Assembly: GCA_963702945.1 (NCBI GenBank)
Contig: OY969773.1
Location: forward strand, 591,073-655,072
DNA length: 64,000 bases
Direction of reading: 5' to 3'
Source: an uncultured Gemmatimonadales bacterium
GTDB taxonomy: Bacteria > Gemmatimonadota > Gemmatimonadetes > Gemmatimonadales > Gemmatimonadaceae
A program made the position numbers and the translations under genes. Every line of letters starts with the position of its first letter. The first letter of the stretch is position 1. Positions 23,771 to 34,239 of this stretch are shown here, one piece after another. The notes under the pieces were generated by a model. The model was given only the letters and a program-made list of their open reading frames with translations, did no database searches and was not told the DNA's origin.

Positions 23771-25557
23771 TCGCCCTGCACCACGGCGTCCGACGTCACC
23801 GTCCGCCGCTTCAGATACGCCTCGATGATCTTGCTCGCCACCCGCGCCGCGTGGTCGCCGTGCAGGCCGTACTCGAGGAACACGGCCACCACGATCTTGG
23901 GATCGTCCGCTGGGGCGTACCCGACGAACCAGGCGTGGTCGGGATTGGGCGGGTTCTGCGCGGTGCCTGTCTTACCCGCGATCGGCACACCCTCGAGCTG
24001 CGCGCTGCGCGCCGTTCCTCGTTCGAGCACGCCCGCGAGCGCGGCGCGCACGCCACTCATGTCGGCGTCGGCGAGCTGGAACACGCGCTGACGGGGTGTG
24101 ACGCGCCGCACGAGCGACGGCTGGACCATCACGCCATCGTTGGCGAGGGACGCGTAGAACTTCGCCATGTTGACGACGGTCTGTGCGTCGGATCCCTGCC
24201 CGATCGCGACGTTCAGCGCCTCCGATGCGGGAACGAAGCCGCGAGGGAAACGCCGCCGGTAATACTCGATCGCGTATGGGAATTCGGGTTTGGTTTCGCT
24301 GGGAAGGTCGATGCCGCTGCGTTCGCCGAACTTGAGCGAGACGCCGCCAGCGACGAGCTTCGTGAGCCCGATTTTGAGGCCGAGTTGATAGAAATACACG
24401 TCGCACGACGTTTCGATGGCGCGCGCGAGCGTGAGGTCGCCGTGGCCGTGCTTGTTCCAGCACTTCCAGTACCGACCGAACGTGAACCCGCCGGTGCACG
24501 GCTGCGGCATGTGGTCCGTCAGCTTCACCACGCCGCTCTGCAATCCGAGTACGGCGGTCGCGAGCTTGAACGTCGACGCCGGTGGATAGCGCCCCTGCAC
24601 CGCCTTGTTATACAGCGGCCGTTTCGGGTTGGTGTTCAGCGAATCCCAGTAGCTCCGCGGGATGCCACCCGTGAAGCGGTTCGGGTCGTAGCTGGGCCCC
24701 GAGTACAGCGCCAGCACGCCACCGGTCTTGGGATCGAGCGCGACGACCGCGCCCTGCAGCGAATCCGCGAAGTAGTGCATCACGAATCGCTGCAGATCCA
24801 GGTCGATGTTGGTCTGCAGGTCCGGGCCCGGAATCGGCTCCTGATCGGCACGTGCGCCGGCCTCGCGCACCACACGCCCGCGCGCGTCGACCTCGACATA
24901 CCGGTATCCCTCGCGACCGCGCAGCGTCGGCTCGTACTGCTCTTCGAGCCCGCGCTTTCCGACCCGCATCCCGGCCTTGTATCCCTCGAACCGCGGCGAC
25001 GAGAGTTCGTTCTCGGAGATCTCGCCCGTGTAGCCCACGAAGGGTGCGACCGCGGCTGCGTCGGGATACCAACGCTTCGGGGTGCTCTGGATGATGAGCC
25101 CCGGGAACTCGCTCCGATGCTCTTCGAGGATCGAGACCGGTTGGAACGCAGCGTCGGCGAGCACGACGGCTGGGCGGTTAGGCGCACGGTTGAAGCGCTT
25201 CACCGCGATCTCGATGTCGTCGTCGCTGAGCGGAATGATGCCGCGCGAGCTGTCGTTGACGATTTCCTGCAACCGACGCAGCGCCGACCGCAAGGAGTCC
25301 GCGCTCGGCGCGAGGATCGAGACCGTGTACCCCGGGAGGTTCTCGGCGATGACCTTGCCGTTCCGGTCGTAGATGATCCCGCGCGCGGCCGGCAGCGGGA
25401 TCTCGCGCAGTCGGTTCTCTTCGGACTGCGTCACGTACTCGGCGTGCCGCAACACCTGGGCGCGATAGAATCCCGACCCGAGGAAGAGGAAGGCGAGCAG
25501 AATGACCATGCGCGCCGCGCGGGCGCGCCGGACGACGTCGCTGGTGAGAAAGCTCAC
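23767..25557 (-). CDS. mrdA: Penicillin-binding protein 2
   Basis: RGIIYDRNG, YPPASTFK (SxxK), SCD (SxD), KTGTAQ; within the mre cluster. Confidence 0.95.
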   Translation of the reverse strand: MSFLTSDVVRRARAARMVILLAFLFLGSGFYRAQVLRHAEYVTQSEENRLREIPLPAARGIIYDRNGKVIAENLPGYTVSILAPSADSLRSALRRLQEIVNDSSRGIIPLSDDDIEIAVKRFNRAPNRPAVVLADAAFQPVSILEEHRSEFPGLIIQSTPKRWYPDAAAVAPFVGYTGEISENELSSPRFEGYKAGMRVGKRGLEEQYEPTLRGREGYRYVEVDARGRVVREAGARADQEPIPGPDLQTNIDLDLQRFVMHYFADSLQGAVVALDPKTGGVLALYSGPSYDPNRFTGGIPRSYWDSLNTNPKRPLYNKAVQGRYPPASTFKLATAVLGLQSGVVKLTDHMPQPCTGGFTFGRYWKCWNKHGHGDLTLARAIETSCDVYFYQLGLKIGLTKLVAGGVSLKFGERSGIDLPSETKPEFPYAIEYYRRRFPRGFVPASEALNVAIGQGSDAQTVVNMAKFYASLANDGVMVQPSLVRRVTPRQRVFQLADADMSGVRAALAGVLERGTARSAQLEGVPIAGKTGTAQNPPNPDHAWFVGYAPADDPKIVVAVFLEYGLHGDHAARVASKIIEAYLKRRTVTSDAVVQGE

Positions 25558-25620
25558 GAAAGCATCACGGCCAAAGCATCAAGGGGCGGGCGCCAGAAGC
25601 GCCGCGGAGCGTCGACGCGC

Positions 25621-26109
25621 TCAGACCGTTGCGCGGCCGATCGCCGGACGGAGCGCGATGAGCAGCAGCAGGGCCGTAATCGCCGTGACCGTCGCGGCGA
25701 GCGGCGACCAGAGCAGCAGCTGCACGAGCAGCTCCGCCCCGCGTATCCGGCGCTCTGATACAAGGTACACGACGTCGAAGATCCACTTCCCGGCGAAAAC
25801 GAACAGCGCGCTCAACGCGGCGTTGTCGGCGAAGAAGACCGCCTTCAGCGTCGACGCGCCGTACGCAACGAGCGTCAGCGCGAGCGCGCCGCACCCGAAG
25901 GCACTCGGCGTCAGCGCGTCGGCGAGCAGCCCGAGCACGAGCCCGATCAGGGCAGCCGCACCCGGACGTACCCGGACCGCCGCGAGCAGCACGGCGATCG
26001 TCAAGAAATCGATCGGCGCACGCCATCCCAGAAAAGGACGGACCGTGAACTGAAAGACGATCAGCGCGAGCACGATCGCGCTGACTCGCAACGCGACCAG
26101 CGACCTCAC
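25621..26109 (-). CDS. mreD: Rod shape-determining protein MreD
   Basis: Hydrophobic 162 aa, GLVLGLLADAL motif, between mreC and mrdA. Confidence 0.88.
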   Translation of the reverse strand: MRSLVALRVSAIVLALIVFQFTVRPFLGWRAPIDFLTIAVLLAAVRVRPGAAALIGLVLGLLADALTPSAFGCGALALTLVAYGASTLKAVFFADNAALSALFVFAGKWIFDVVYLVSERRIRGAELLVQLLLWSPLAATVTAITALLLLIALRPAIGRATV

Positions 26110-27548
26110 GGGCGCGTCCTGCGCGGCGCGCTATCCGCTGCTGGAGTCGCACGTGCGCGGGTCGGGGTACGACCAGGCGATCCGTTAGGCACCGGCGCGG
26201 CGCGCCGTTCGCCGGCGCTCGCACCCGCGGCGCCGAGCGTCGCGCCAGGCAGGGGCACGGTCGGCCGCGGTGGGCGACGACGCGCGCTGTCCGGACGCGC
26301 CGCGCTCACCGCAGCCCCGCTCCCCTCGTCGGGCGCGCGCGCCCCACTCCGGCCGTCGGCCGCGGCGGGGTCGCCGGCACGCGGGGGCGCTGGCCGTGGC
26401 GCCACGGGGCGAACGACGGCAGCGGCTCGCGGCGACGCCGTGGTGTCGCTGCTTCGATCGACGCTGTCGCCGCGCGCACTCGCCGTCGAATCACGCCGCG
26501 TGCTGTCGCCGCGGGCTGAATCGAGCGCGGCACGCCGCGCGGCGGCCTCGCGCTGCAACTCCTCGCGGGCGAGCGAGTCGCCAGACGCCGCCACGCGGCG
26601 CGACGTCACCTCGACCGCGCGCATCGACGTCCAGACGGAGTCGAGACCGCGGTCGGCCCGTGGCCGGAGCAGCAGCATCACCGGTCCGACGTCGGCGAGG
26701 TTCACCGCCGGCTGCAGCAGGTACGTACGCGCCCAACGCTCCGGCGTCTGGATCTCACGGATCACCGTGCCGATCGGGATGCCGGCCGGGTACGCCCCGC
26801 CGAGCCCCGAGCTGATGACCGGCTGGCCCGCCTTGAGCGGATTCCGGAACGCGACGCCATGCAGCTCGAGCAGACCGCGATCCGCGCCCGAGCCCAGATG
26901 CGGCTGGACGATGCCGTACGCGGAATCCGCCTGCGCACTCACGCGGAAGTCCGGATGTGCGTACGAGATCACCTGGCTCCGCACCGGATCGACCTGCTGC
27001 ACCATTCCGACGAGTCCGGCGCTGGCGACCACCGGGGTGAACACGCCGACACCCGCACGGTTCCCGACGGTGACCTTGAACTCTTGGAGCGTCTGCGCGC
27101 TCCCGAGTTCACCGGCTTGTTGGTTCGGCACCGCTTCCGCCGTCACAAACCCCCACTGCAGACGCGCCCCGAGTGCGAGCAGCGACCGCAAGCGGGCGTT
27201 CTCCGCACGAAGGGCCGCTGCGTCCTGCGCGTCGCGCGCGAGTGCACCCTTCGCTGCCACGCGCTCATCGTACGACAGGAACGCGGCGCGGTGGACGTCC
27301 GACCACTGCTCCAGCCAGGCGAGCGGAGCCGCCACCGTGCGTCGCAGCTCCGCCGACGTACGATCGCGGACGATCGCGGGCAGGAGCGTCGCGATCAACG
27401 ACAGCCCAATGCAGATGCCGAGCATGACCGAGTCGACCGCGCCCGAACTCGCGGCGCGCGCAGGCGCCGATCCGGGCAGGCGCGGGCGACGGGAGAACCG
27501 CGACCGTCGCGGTTCATCCATCCCTCCGGCACGCAGCGTCACCGCCAT
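26106..27548 (-). CDS. mreC: Rod shape-determining protein MreC with long low-complexity C-tail
   Basis: ENARLRSLL coiled coil, PVVASAGLVG, ISSGLGGAYPAGIPIG. Confidence 0.9.
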   Translation of the reverse strand: MAVTLRAGGMDEPRRSRFSRRPRLPGSAPARAASSGAVDSVMLGICIGLSLIATLLPAIVRDRTSAELRRTVAAPLAWLEQWSDVHRAAFLSYDERVAAKGALARDAQDAAALRAENARLRSLLALGARLQWGFVTAEAVPNQQAGELGSAQTLQEFKVTVGNRAGVGVFTPVVASAGLVGMVQQVDPVRSQVISYAHPDFRVSAQADSAYGIVQPHLGSGADRGLLELHGVAFRNPLKAGQPVISSGLGGAYPAGIPIGTVIREIQTPERWARTYLLQPAVNLADVGPVMLLLRPRADRGLDSVWTSMRAVEVTSRRVAASGDSLAREELQREAAARRAALDSARGDSTRRDSTASARGDSVDRSSDTTASPRAAAVVRPVAPRPAPPRAGDPAAADGRSGARAPDEGSGAAVSAARPDSARRRPPRPTVPLPGATLGAAGASAGERRAAPVPNGSPGRTPTRARATPAADSAPRRTRP

Positions 27549-27562
27549 ACGTCAGCTCCGGC

Positions 27563-28600
27563 TCAGGTGGTGAGCACCGACCAGTACTTCTCTTCGTCGT
27601 CCAGAATCCGACCGGTTCCGCGCACGACACAGGTCAGCGGATCGCCGTCCACGTGGATTGGGAGCCCGGTCTCCTGGCTCAGCATCAGGTCGAGCCCGCG
27701 TATGAGCGCACCACCGCCGGTCATCACGATCCCGCGATCGACGATGTCCGACGCGAGTTCTGGCGGCGTGATTTCGAGCGCGCGGCGCACGGCGTCCACA
27801 ATCTGCTGGATGGGCTCCTGGATCGCTTCTCGGATCTCTGCCGAGTGCACGCGCACGGTCTTCGGGATGCCGGAGACGAGATCGCGCCCCTTGACGTCCA
27901 TCTCGCGCTCGTCGCCCGTCGGGAACGCCGAACCGATATGGATCTTGATCTGCTCGGCCGTCGGCTCGCCGATCAGCAGGTTGTAATTCTTGCGCATGAA
28001 CTGCACGACCGCGACGTCGAGCTCGTCGCCACCCGTACGGATCGACGTATCGCTGACGATGCCCGAGAGCGCGATGACCGCGATCTCGGTCGTACCGCCG
28101 CCGATGTCGATTACCATGTTGCCCGTCGGGCTCTCGACCGGCAGGCCGACGCCGATCGCCGCCGCCATCGGCTCGGAGACCATGAACACTTCCTTCGCGC
28201 CCGCGCCGATCGCCGAGTCGCGCACCGCGCGCTTCTCGACCTCTGTGATGCCGGATGGCACACAGACGATCACACGCGGCTTGACCTTGAAGACGTGCTT
28301 CTCGATCACGAGCGTGAGAAAATACCGGAGCATCTTCTCGGTCACGTCGAAGTCGGCGATCACGCCGTCCTTCAACGGCCGGACCGCGATGATTCCTTCC
28401 GGCGTGCGGCCGAGCATGCGCTTCGCTTCGAGGCCGACACCGCGCATCCGCTTCGTGTCGCGATCGATTGCGACGACCGAGGGCTCGTTCAGGACGATGC
28501 CCTCACCCTTCACGTAGACGAGCGTGTTTGCGGTGCCGAGATCTACGGCAATGGCGTTGGCGGGAAAGAGCGACCCGGACTTCGAGAAAGGCCAGCGCAT
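27563..28600 (-). CDS. mreB: Actin-like rod shape protein MreB
   Basis: [37 protein letters not shown]. Confidence 0.98.
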   Translation of the reverse strand: MRWPFSKSGSLFPANAIAVDLGTANTLVYVKGEGIVLNEPSVVAIDRDTKRMRGVGLEAKRMLGRTPEGIIAVRPLKDGVIADFDVTEKMLRYFLTLVIEKHVFKVKPRVIVCVPSGITEVEKRAVRDSAIGAGAKEVFMVSEPMAAAIGVGLPVESPTGNMVIDIGGGTTEIAVIALSGIVSDTSIRTGGDELDVAVVQFMRKNYNLLIGEPTAEQIKIHIGSAFPTGDEREMDVKGRDLVSGIPKTVRVHSAEIREAIQEPIQQIVDAVRRALEITPPELASDIVDRGIVMTGGGALIRGLDLMLSQETGLPIHVDGDPLTCVVRGTGRILDDEEKYWSVLTT

Positions 28601-28740
28601 GAGTAGCGCGTCAGTGCGGAACGAGGACCGCGCCGCGCCCAGCGCGGGGAGCCGCGGGGGCGACGGCGCGGGATTCACCCGCCGCGCACGCGCGGTCGGG
28701 ACGAAGGCGGGCGCGAGTACCGGTGCGCCTGCGCGGCGGA

Positions 28741-28769
28741 AACCTAGTCCGCGCCGACCGGTCGTTCAA
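28741..28769 (-). promoter_or_regulatory. Sigma70-type promoter for the mre operon
   Basis: TTGAAC-17 bp-TAGGTT about 140 nt upstream of mreB. Confidence 0.55.
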
Positions 28770-28791
28770 CCGCTCGGCGTAACCGCGCGCG

Positions 28792-29925
28792 TCAGACGCC
28801 GGCTGGTTCGAGCGCGAGCATCTCCTCCGGGGCCGTGTACTCGAACCCGAACGCGTCGGCGACGCCCGGATACGTGACATGCCCGTCGGCCACGTTGAGG
28901 CCCTTCCGAAGCGCCGCGTTGTCCTGCAGCGCGCGCTGCCATCCCTTGTTCGCGAGTTGCAGCGCGTACGGCAGGGTCGCGTTCGTGAGCGCGAGCGTCG
29001 ACGTGCGCGGCACGCCGCCCGGCATGTTGGCCACCGCGTAATGGATGATGCCGTCGACCACGTAGGTCGGGTTCTCGTGCGTCGTCGGATGCATGGTCTC
29101 GACGCACCCGCCCTGGTCGATCGCCACGTCGACGATCACGGCGCCGGGACGCATCGTTGCGAGGTCAGCGCGCCGGATCAGCTTCGGCGCCTTCGCGCCC
29201 GGGATGAGGACCGCGCCGACAACGAGGTCCGCCGTCGCGATCTACTCGAGCATGTTCTGCCGGTTCGAGTAGATCAACTGCACGTTCGCGGGCATCACGT
29301 CCGACAGATATCGCAGCCGCTCGAGGCTGATGTCGAGCACGATGACCTTCGCGCCCATCCCCGCCGCGATCTTCGCGGCGTTGACGCCGACGATCCCGCC
29401 GCCGAGGATGACGACCTTTGCGGGCGCGACGCCGGGAACGCCGCCGAGCAGGACGCCGCGTCCGCCGTAGAGCTTCTCGAGGTACTTCGCGCCCTCCTGC
29501 ACCGCCATCCGGCCCGCGACTTCGGACATCGGCGTGAGCAACGGCAGTTCACGCGTCGGAAGCTCGACGGTTTCGTACGCGATGCAGTTCGCACCGCTGT
29601 CGAGGTGCGCCCGCGTCAGGCGTTCGTCAGCTGCAAAGTGGAAGTACGTGAAGAGCGTCTGGCCGCGCCGGATACGCTTCCACTCCGGCTCGATCGGCTC
29701 CTTCACCTTCATGATCATCTCGGCTTCCGCCCAGACGGCGTCGGCGTCGGGCGCGATGCGCGCACCGACGGTCGTGTAATCCGAGTCGTCGAACGCGCTG
29801 CCCTCGCCCGCCCCGGTCTCGACGAGCACGTCGTGCCCGGCGCTGACCAGCGCCTCGACGCCGGCCGGGACGAGCGCGACGCGGTTCTCGTTGGTCTTGA
29901 TCTCTTTTGGAACGCCGATGAGCAT
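28792..29925 (-). pseudogene. ald: Alanine dehydrogenase with one in-frame TAG at 29244..29242 (nonsense allele or base-call error)
   Basis: IGVPKEIK..ENRV, KVKEP, PMSEVAGR, GGGIVG; the frame continues after TAG with [30 protein letters not shown]. Confidence 0.9.
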
Positions 29926-30039
29926 GGGTCGAAACGGAAACGGTGATGTTGTGACGCGCGGCGCGACCGACGAAACGAGCGCAGCGGACGAGCGGAGTGA
30001 ATGGGCAACGCGACCAAAGTTAGCCGCGGGCACGCGTGC

Positions 30040-31335
30040 CTACCCGACCGGCTTCGGACCCAAGCTCAGCACGGTCTGGCGCTCCGGATCGTACAAGTCG
30101 GCGCAGAGCGCGCGTACATCGTCCGGGGTGACCGCATCGATCCGCGCGACGACCTCGTCGAGCGAGCGGTACGGCTCGTCGAACAGTACGGTCTCGACGG
30201 CGCGATACATCGCGTTGCTGACGCTGTCCGCACCGAGCAGCACCTGACCGCGGAGCTGCCGCTTGGCGGCCGCGAGCTCGGCGTCGGGCAACCCTTCCGC
30301 ATGCAGGCGCGCGTACTCGCGACGCACCGCGTCCGCGGCCTTGCGCGCCGTCTTCGGCGCGCTCGCCAGATACACGCCGTGCGTGCCCGCGTCCACGTGC
30401 ACCGATTGGGTCGAGTGCACCGCGTACGCGAGTCCGAGTTCCTCGCGCACGGTCTGAAACAGGCGCGAGCTCATCCCGCCGCCGAGCACCGTGCTGACCA
30501 GCGCGAGCGCGTCGCGTCGTGGATCCGCGTGCGAGACGCCGGGCGCGCCGAAGACGACGTGCGTCTGCGTGAGGTCGCGGTTTGCGACGTGACGGTACGC
30601 CGGCGGCTGAAACGTCGGCGGCACCGTGGCGAGCGGCGTCGAATCGCCGGCGGCCATGTCGCCCCACCCCGTCGCGAGCAGCGTCTCGACGAGCGCGTCG
30701 TGTTCGACCGAACCTGCGGCCGCGACGACGATCTGCGCGGGGTGATACGCGCGCGCGTGCAGGGCGCGCAAGTCCGACGTCTCCAACGCCGACACGGTGT
30801 CGCGCGTGCCGAGGATCGAGTAGCCGTGCGGGTGATCGCCCCAGAGCAACGCGTTGTGCAACTCGAAGACGAGATCGTCCGGCGTGTCTTCCATCGTGCC
30901 GATCTCTTCGAGGATCACGTTCCGCTCGAGTTCGAGATCCGCGTCCCGCAGCAACGGCCGGAACACGAGATCGCCGATCACGTCCGCGGCCACGCGGAGA
31001 TCCTCCGCGAGCAGGCGTGCCTGATACGACGTGTACTCGCGCGTCGTGTACGCGTCGAGCGATCCGCCTAACGTCTCGACGTCGAGCGAGAGCTGGCGCG
31101 CCGTGCGCGTCGGGGTGCCCTTGAACACCATGTGTTCGAGCAGGTGGGCGACGCCCATCTTGGCGCGCGCCTCGTGCAGCGAACCCGCGCGCACAAAGGC
31201 CCCGAATGCAACCGACCGCACCCTCGGCACGGGAGCCGAGAGTACGGTCAGTCCGTTCGGAAGCGTCGTGCGGCGCGGAGGCGCGTCGGCCGCGTCACGC
31301 GCGGCCGACGGGTCCCGTGCCGTGAGCAACGTCAC
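30040..31335 (-). CDS. M16 (pitrilysin-family) zinc peptidase
   Basis: [11 protein letters not shown] (HxxEH), [19 protein letters not shown]; downstream of pnp. Confidence 0.93.
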   Translation of the reverse strand: MTLLTARDPSAARDAADAPPRRTTLPNGLTVLSAPVPRVRSVAFGAFVRAGSLHEARAKMGVAHLLEHMVFKGTPTRTARQLSLDVETLGGSLDAYTTREYTSYQARLLAEDLRVAADVIGDLVFRPLLRDADLELERNVILEEIGTMEDTPDDLVFELHNALLWGDHPHGYSILGTRDTVSALETSDLRALHARAYHPAQIVVAAAGSVEHDALVETLLATGWGDMAAGDSTPLATVPPTFQPPAYRHVANRDLTQTHVVFGAPGVSHADPRRDALALVSTVLGGGMSSRLFQTVREELGLAYAVHSTQSVHVDAGTHGVYLASAPKTARKAADAVRREYARLHAEGLPDAELAAAKRQLRGQVLLGADSVSNAMYRAVETVLFDEPYRSLDEVVARIDAVTPDDVRALCADLYDPERQTVLSLGPKPVG

Positions 31336-33601
31336 TCGCGGTCGCGGCCCCCGCTGCGGGAACCCTCGCCACGCGAGCCTTCGCCGCGCGGTCCGCGGTC
31401 GCGGCCGCTGCGGTCACCGCCCGAACGCGCCGGGCGCTCGCCGCGGGACTCGCCCTCGCCGCTGCCTGACCCGCTGGAACCGTTGCCGTTCGACTCGGTC
31501 TCCGGCGTGCCTTCCGGCTTCGGCTCGAGTGCCTTCATCGACAGGCGGAGCCGCCCGCGCTCGTCGCGCTCGATCAACTTGACCTTGACCTGGTCTCCCT
31601 TCTTGACGACGTCTTCCGTCTTCTCGACGCGACCGTGCCGCATCTCGGAGATGTGGAGCAGCGCTTCGGTTCCGGGCATGATCTCGACGAACGCGCCGAA
31701 CGCCGTCGTGCTCTTGACCGTCCCCTCGTACACGTCGCCGACCACAGGCTCCGCCGTCAGCGCCACGACCATCTGCTTCGCACGCTCCATCGGCTCGGCG
31801 CCGACAGCGGCAATCGTGACGAGACCCGTATCGTCGACCGTGACCTCGGACTTCGTCTCTTCCTGAATTCCGCGGATGGTCTTGCCCTTCGGCCCGATCA
31901 GGTCGCCGATCTTCTCGGGGCTGATCTGGATCGTGATGATCCGGGGCGCGTACTTGGACATGTCGGTCCGCGGCGTCGCGAGCGCCTTGTCCATCTCGCC
32001 AAGGATGTGCAGCCGGCCGTCCTTCGCCTGCGCGAGGGCTTCGGTCATGATCTTGAGGTCGAGCCCCTGGATCTTGATGTCCATCTGGATGGACGTGATG
32101 CCCTGCTTCGTCCCGGCGACCTTGAAGTCCATGTCGCCGAGGTGGTCTTCGGTCCCGAGGATGTCCGTCAGGATGGCGTAGCGCTCGCCTTCCTTGATGA
32201 GCCCCATCGCGACGCCGGCGACCGGCGCGCGCATCGGCACGCCCGCGTCGAACAGCGCGAGCGATCCGCCGCAAACCGATGCCATCGACGACGACCCGTT
32301 GCTCTCGAGGATGTCGGAGACGATGCGGATCGTGTACGGGAAGTGCTCGAACTCGGGGAGCACGCCCTGCAGCGCGCGCTCGGCGAGGTTGCCATGACCG
32401 ATCTCGCGGCGGCTCGTGCCGCGCACCGGGCGGACTTCACCCGTCGAGAACGGCGGGAAATTGTAGTGCAGCATGAACGACTTCGTCGTCTCGGCCGCTT
32501 CGTGCACGGAGTCGAGCCGCTGCACGTCGTTCGCCGTGCCTAACGTGACGGCGACGAGCGCCTGCGTCTGCCCGCGCGTGAAGAGCGCCGAGCCGTGCGA
32601 GCGCGGCAGCAGCCCGCGTGTCGATCGAGATCGGGCGGACCTCGTTCGGCTTGCGGCCGTCGACGCGGAGGCCCGTGTCGAGCACCTGCCCGCGCAGCGC
32701 GTCGTACTCGACGTCGCCGAGCACCGAGCCGAAGTCCTTCGTGTTGTCCGGCAGCTCGGTGGCGAGCTGCTCCTTGACGGCCTTCTTCGCGGCCTCGACG
32801 GCCTGCATGCGCGTCTGCTTGTCGGCCTGGTTGATCGCCTCGGCGATCTTGCCCGTCGGCGACTTCCTTCACGCGAGCGGTGACCGCTTCGGGGATCTCG
32901 GCCTTCGTCCAGGCCATCTTCTCGACCTGGCCAGCCTTGCCTAACAGCTCGCGCTGCGCGTCGATCAGCTCGCGGATGCCGTTGTGCCCGACCGTGAGCG
33001 CCTGCACCACGTCTTCCTCGCCGACCTCGAGCGCGCCGCCCTCGACCATCACGATCGAGTCCTGCGAGCCGGCGACGACGAGATCCATGTCGCTGTACGC
33101 GAGCTGCTGGAACGTCGGGTTGAGGATCCAGCTGCCCTGCACGCGGCCGACGCGCACGCCGGCGATCGGGCCGAGGAACGGCATCTTGGACGCATTCAGG
33201 GCATAACTCGCCGCGACGAGCGCGAGCACATCCGCGTCATTCTCCTGGTCCGCGGAGATGACGTAGATGAAGACCTGGACTTCGTTCTTGAAGCCCTCGG
33301 GGAAGAGCGGGCGGATCGAGCGGTCGATGATCCGGGCCGAGAGGATCTCGGGATCGTACGGACGGCCCTCGCGCTTGATGAAGCCGCCGGGAATCTTGCC
33401 CGCGGCGTAGGTCTTCTCGCGGTACTCGACCGTGAGCGGGAAGAACGGAAGGGTGCTCTGGTTGTCGCTCACCGTCACGGTGGCGAGCACCATCGTGTCG
33501 CCAAACTGGACGAGGGCGGAACCGGCCGCCTGCTTCGCCATGCGGCCCGTCTCGATGACGAGGCGGCGCCCGGCAAAGGTGCGTTCTACGCGTTGCATCA
33601 T
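31332..33601 (-). CDS. pnp: Polyribonucleotide nucleotidyltransferase, two +1 frameshifts (near 32858 and 32617)
   Basis: [64 protein letters not shown] and S1 domains across three frames. Confidence 0.96.
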
Positions 33602-33760
33602 TAGGAGGTACTCTCGCGCACGCGGCGCGATGGAGGAAGCCGTCGGGGACCCGCTAGCGCACCGCTAGCCAATCGTGGAGCCCGTACGACGGCAGGCCGC
33701 GAGGTTGACGACACTCGCCGGCCACTGCAGGGGTCGCCCGGAGGGTCGACCCAGAGGACC

Positions 33761-33799
33761 AATACAAAACGCGCGGGCGCAGCGGATGCGCCCGCGTGT
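33761..33799 (-). terminator. Intrinsic terminator after rpsO
   Basis: Minus strand ACACGCGGGCGCA-TCCGC-TGCGCCCGCGCGT followed by TTTGTATT. Confidence 0.7.
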
Positions 33800-33816
33800 A
33801 TGGTCCGCGAACCGGC

Positions 33817-34077
33817 TCAGTGACGCAGGCCGAGTTCCGAAACGAGCGTGCGGTAGCCCGCGACGTCCGTGCGCTTCAGGTAGTCCAACAGGCGCCGCCG
33901 CTTGCCGACCATCTTGAGGAGACCGAGCCGCCCGTGGTGATCCTTCTTGTGGGTCCGGAAATGCTCGGTGAGGTAGTTGATGCGATCCGTGATGATCGCC
34001 ACCTGGACGCGCGTCGAGCCCGTGTCGGACTCATGCGCCTGATACTTCGTAATGGTCGGTGCTTTCTCGAAAGCCAT
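33817..34077 (-). CDS. rpsO: 30S ribosomal protein S15
   Basis: [36 protein letters not shown]. Confidence 0.98.
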   Translation of the reverse strand: MAFEKAPTITKYQAHESDTGSTRVQVAIITDRINYLTEHFRTHKKDHHGRLGLLKMVGKRRRLLDYLKRTDVAGYRTLVSELGLRH

Positions 34078-34136
34078 AGATGTATATTCTCCGCACGTCC
34101 GGCGGCGCTCATGCGCGCAACGCTCGTAAGCACATA

Positions 34137-34165
34137 AGCTTACTCGCGCAACCCCGGCGTGACAA
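34137..34165 (-). promoter_or_regulatory. Sigma70-type promoter of rpsO
   Basis: TTGTCA-17 bp-TAAGCT. Confidence 0.65.
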
Positions 34166-34239
34166 GTCTGCGGCAGCGGCCGCCGGCGTGAGTCTGCCGG
34201 CGCCCGCGAGCGTGCGTCCAACCTTCGCCGTCCCGCCCT

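Noticed and set aside
21668-25758. Very long antisense ORFs (21668..24091, 23851..25758, also 42141..43931 and 51835..53643)
   Set aside because: Shadow ORFs expected opposite GC3-rich genes; Arg-rich translations with no motifs
29242-29244. Genome-wide TAG recoding or pyrrolysine
   Set aside because: Single case; TAG ends several complete genes in the window
33651-33669. Direct repeat CCGCTAGC twice, as a possible transcription-factor site
   Set aside because: Better explained as the two arms of a hairpin in the pnp leader, since GCTAGC is palindromic
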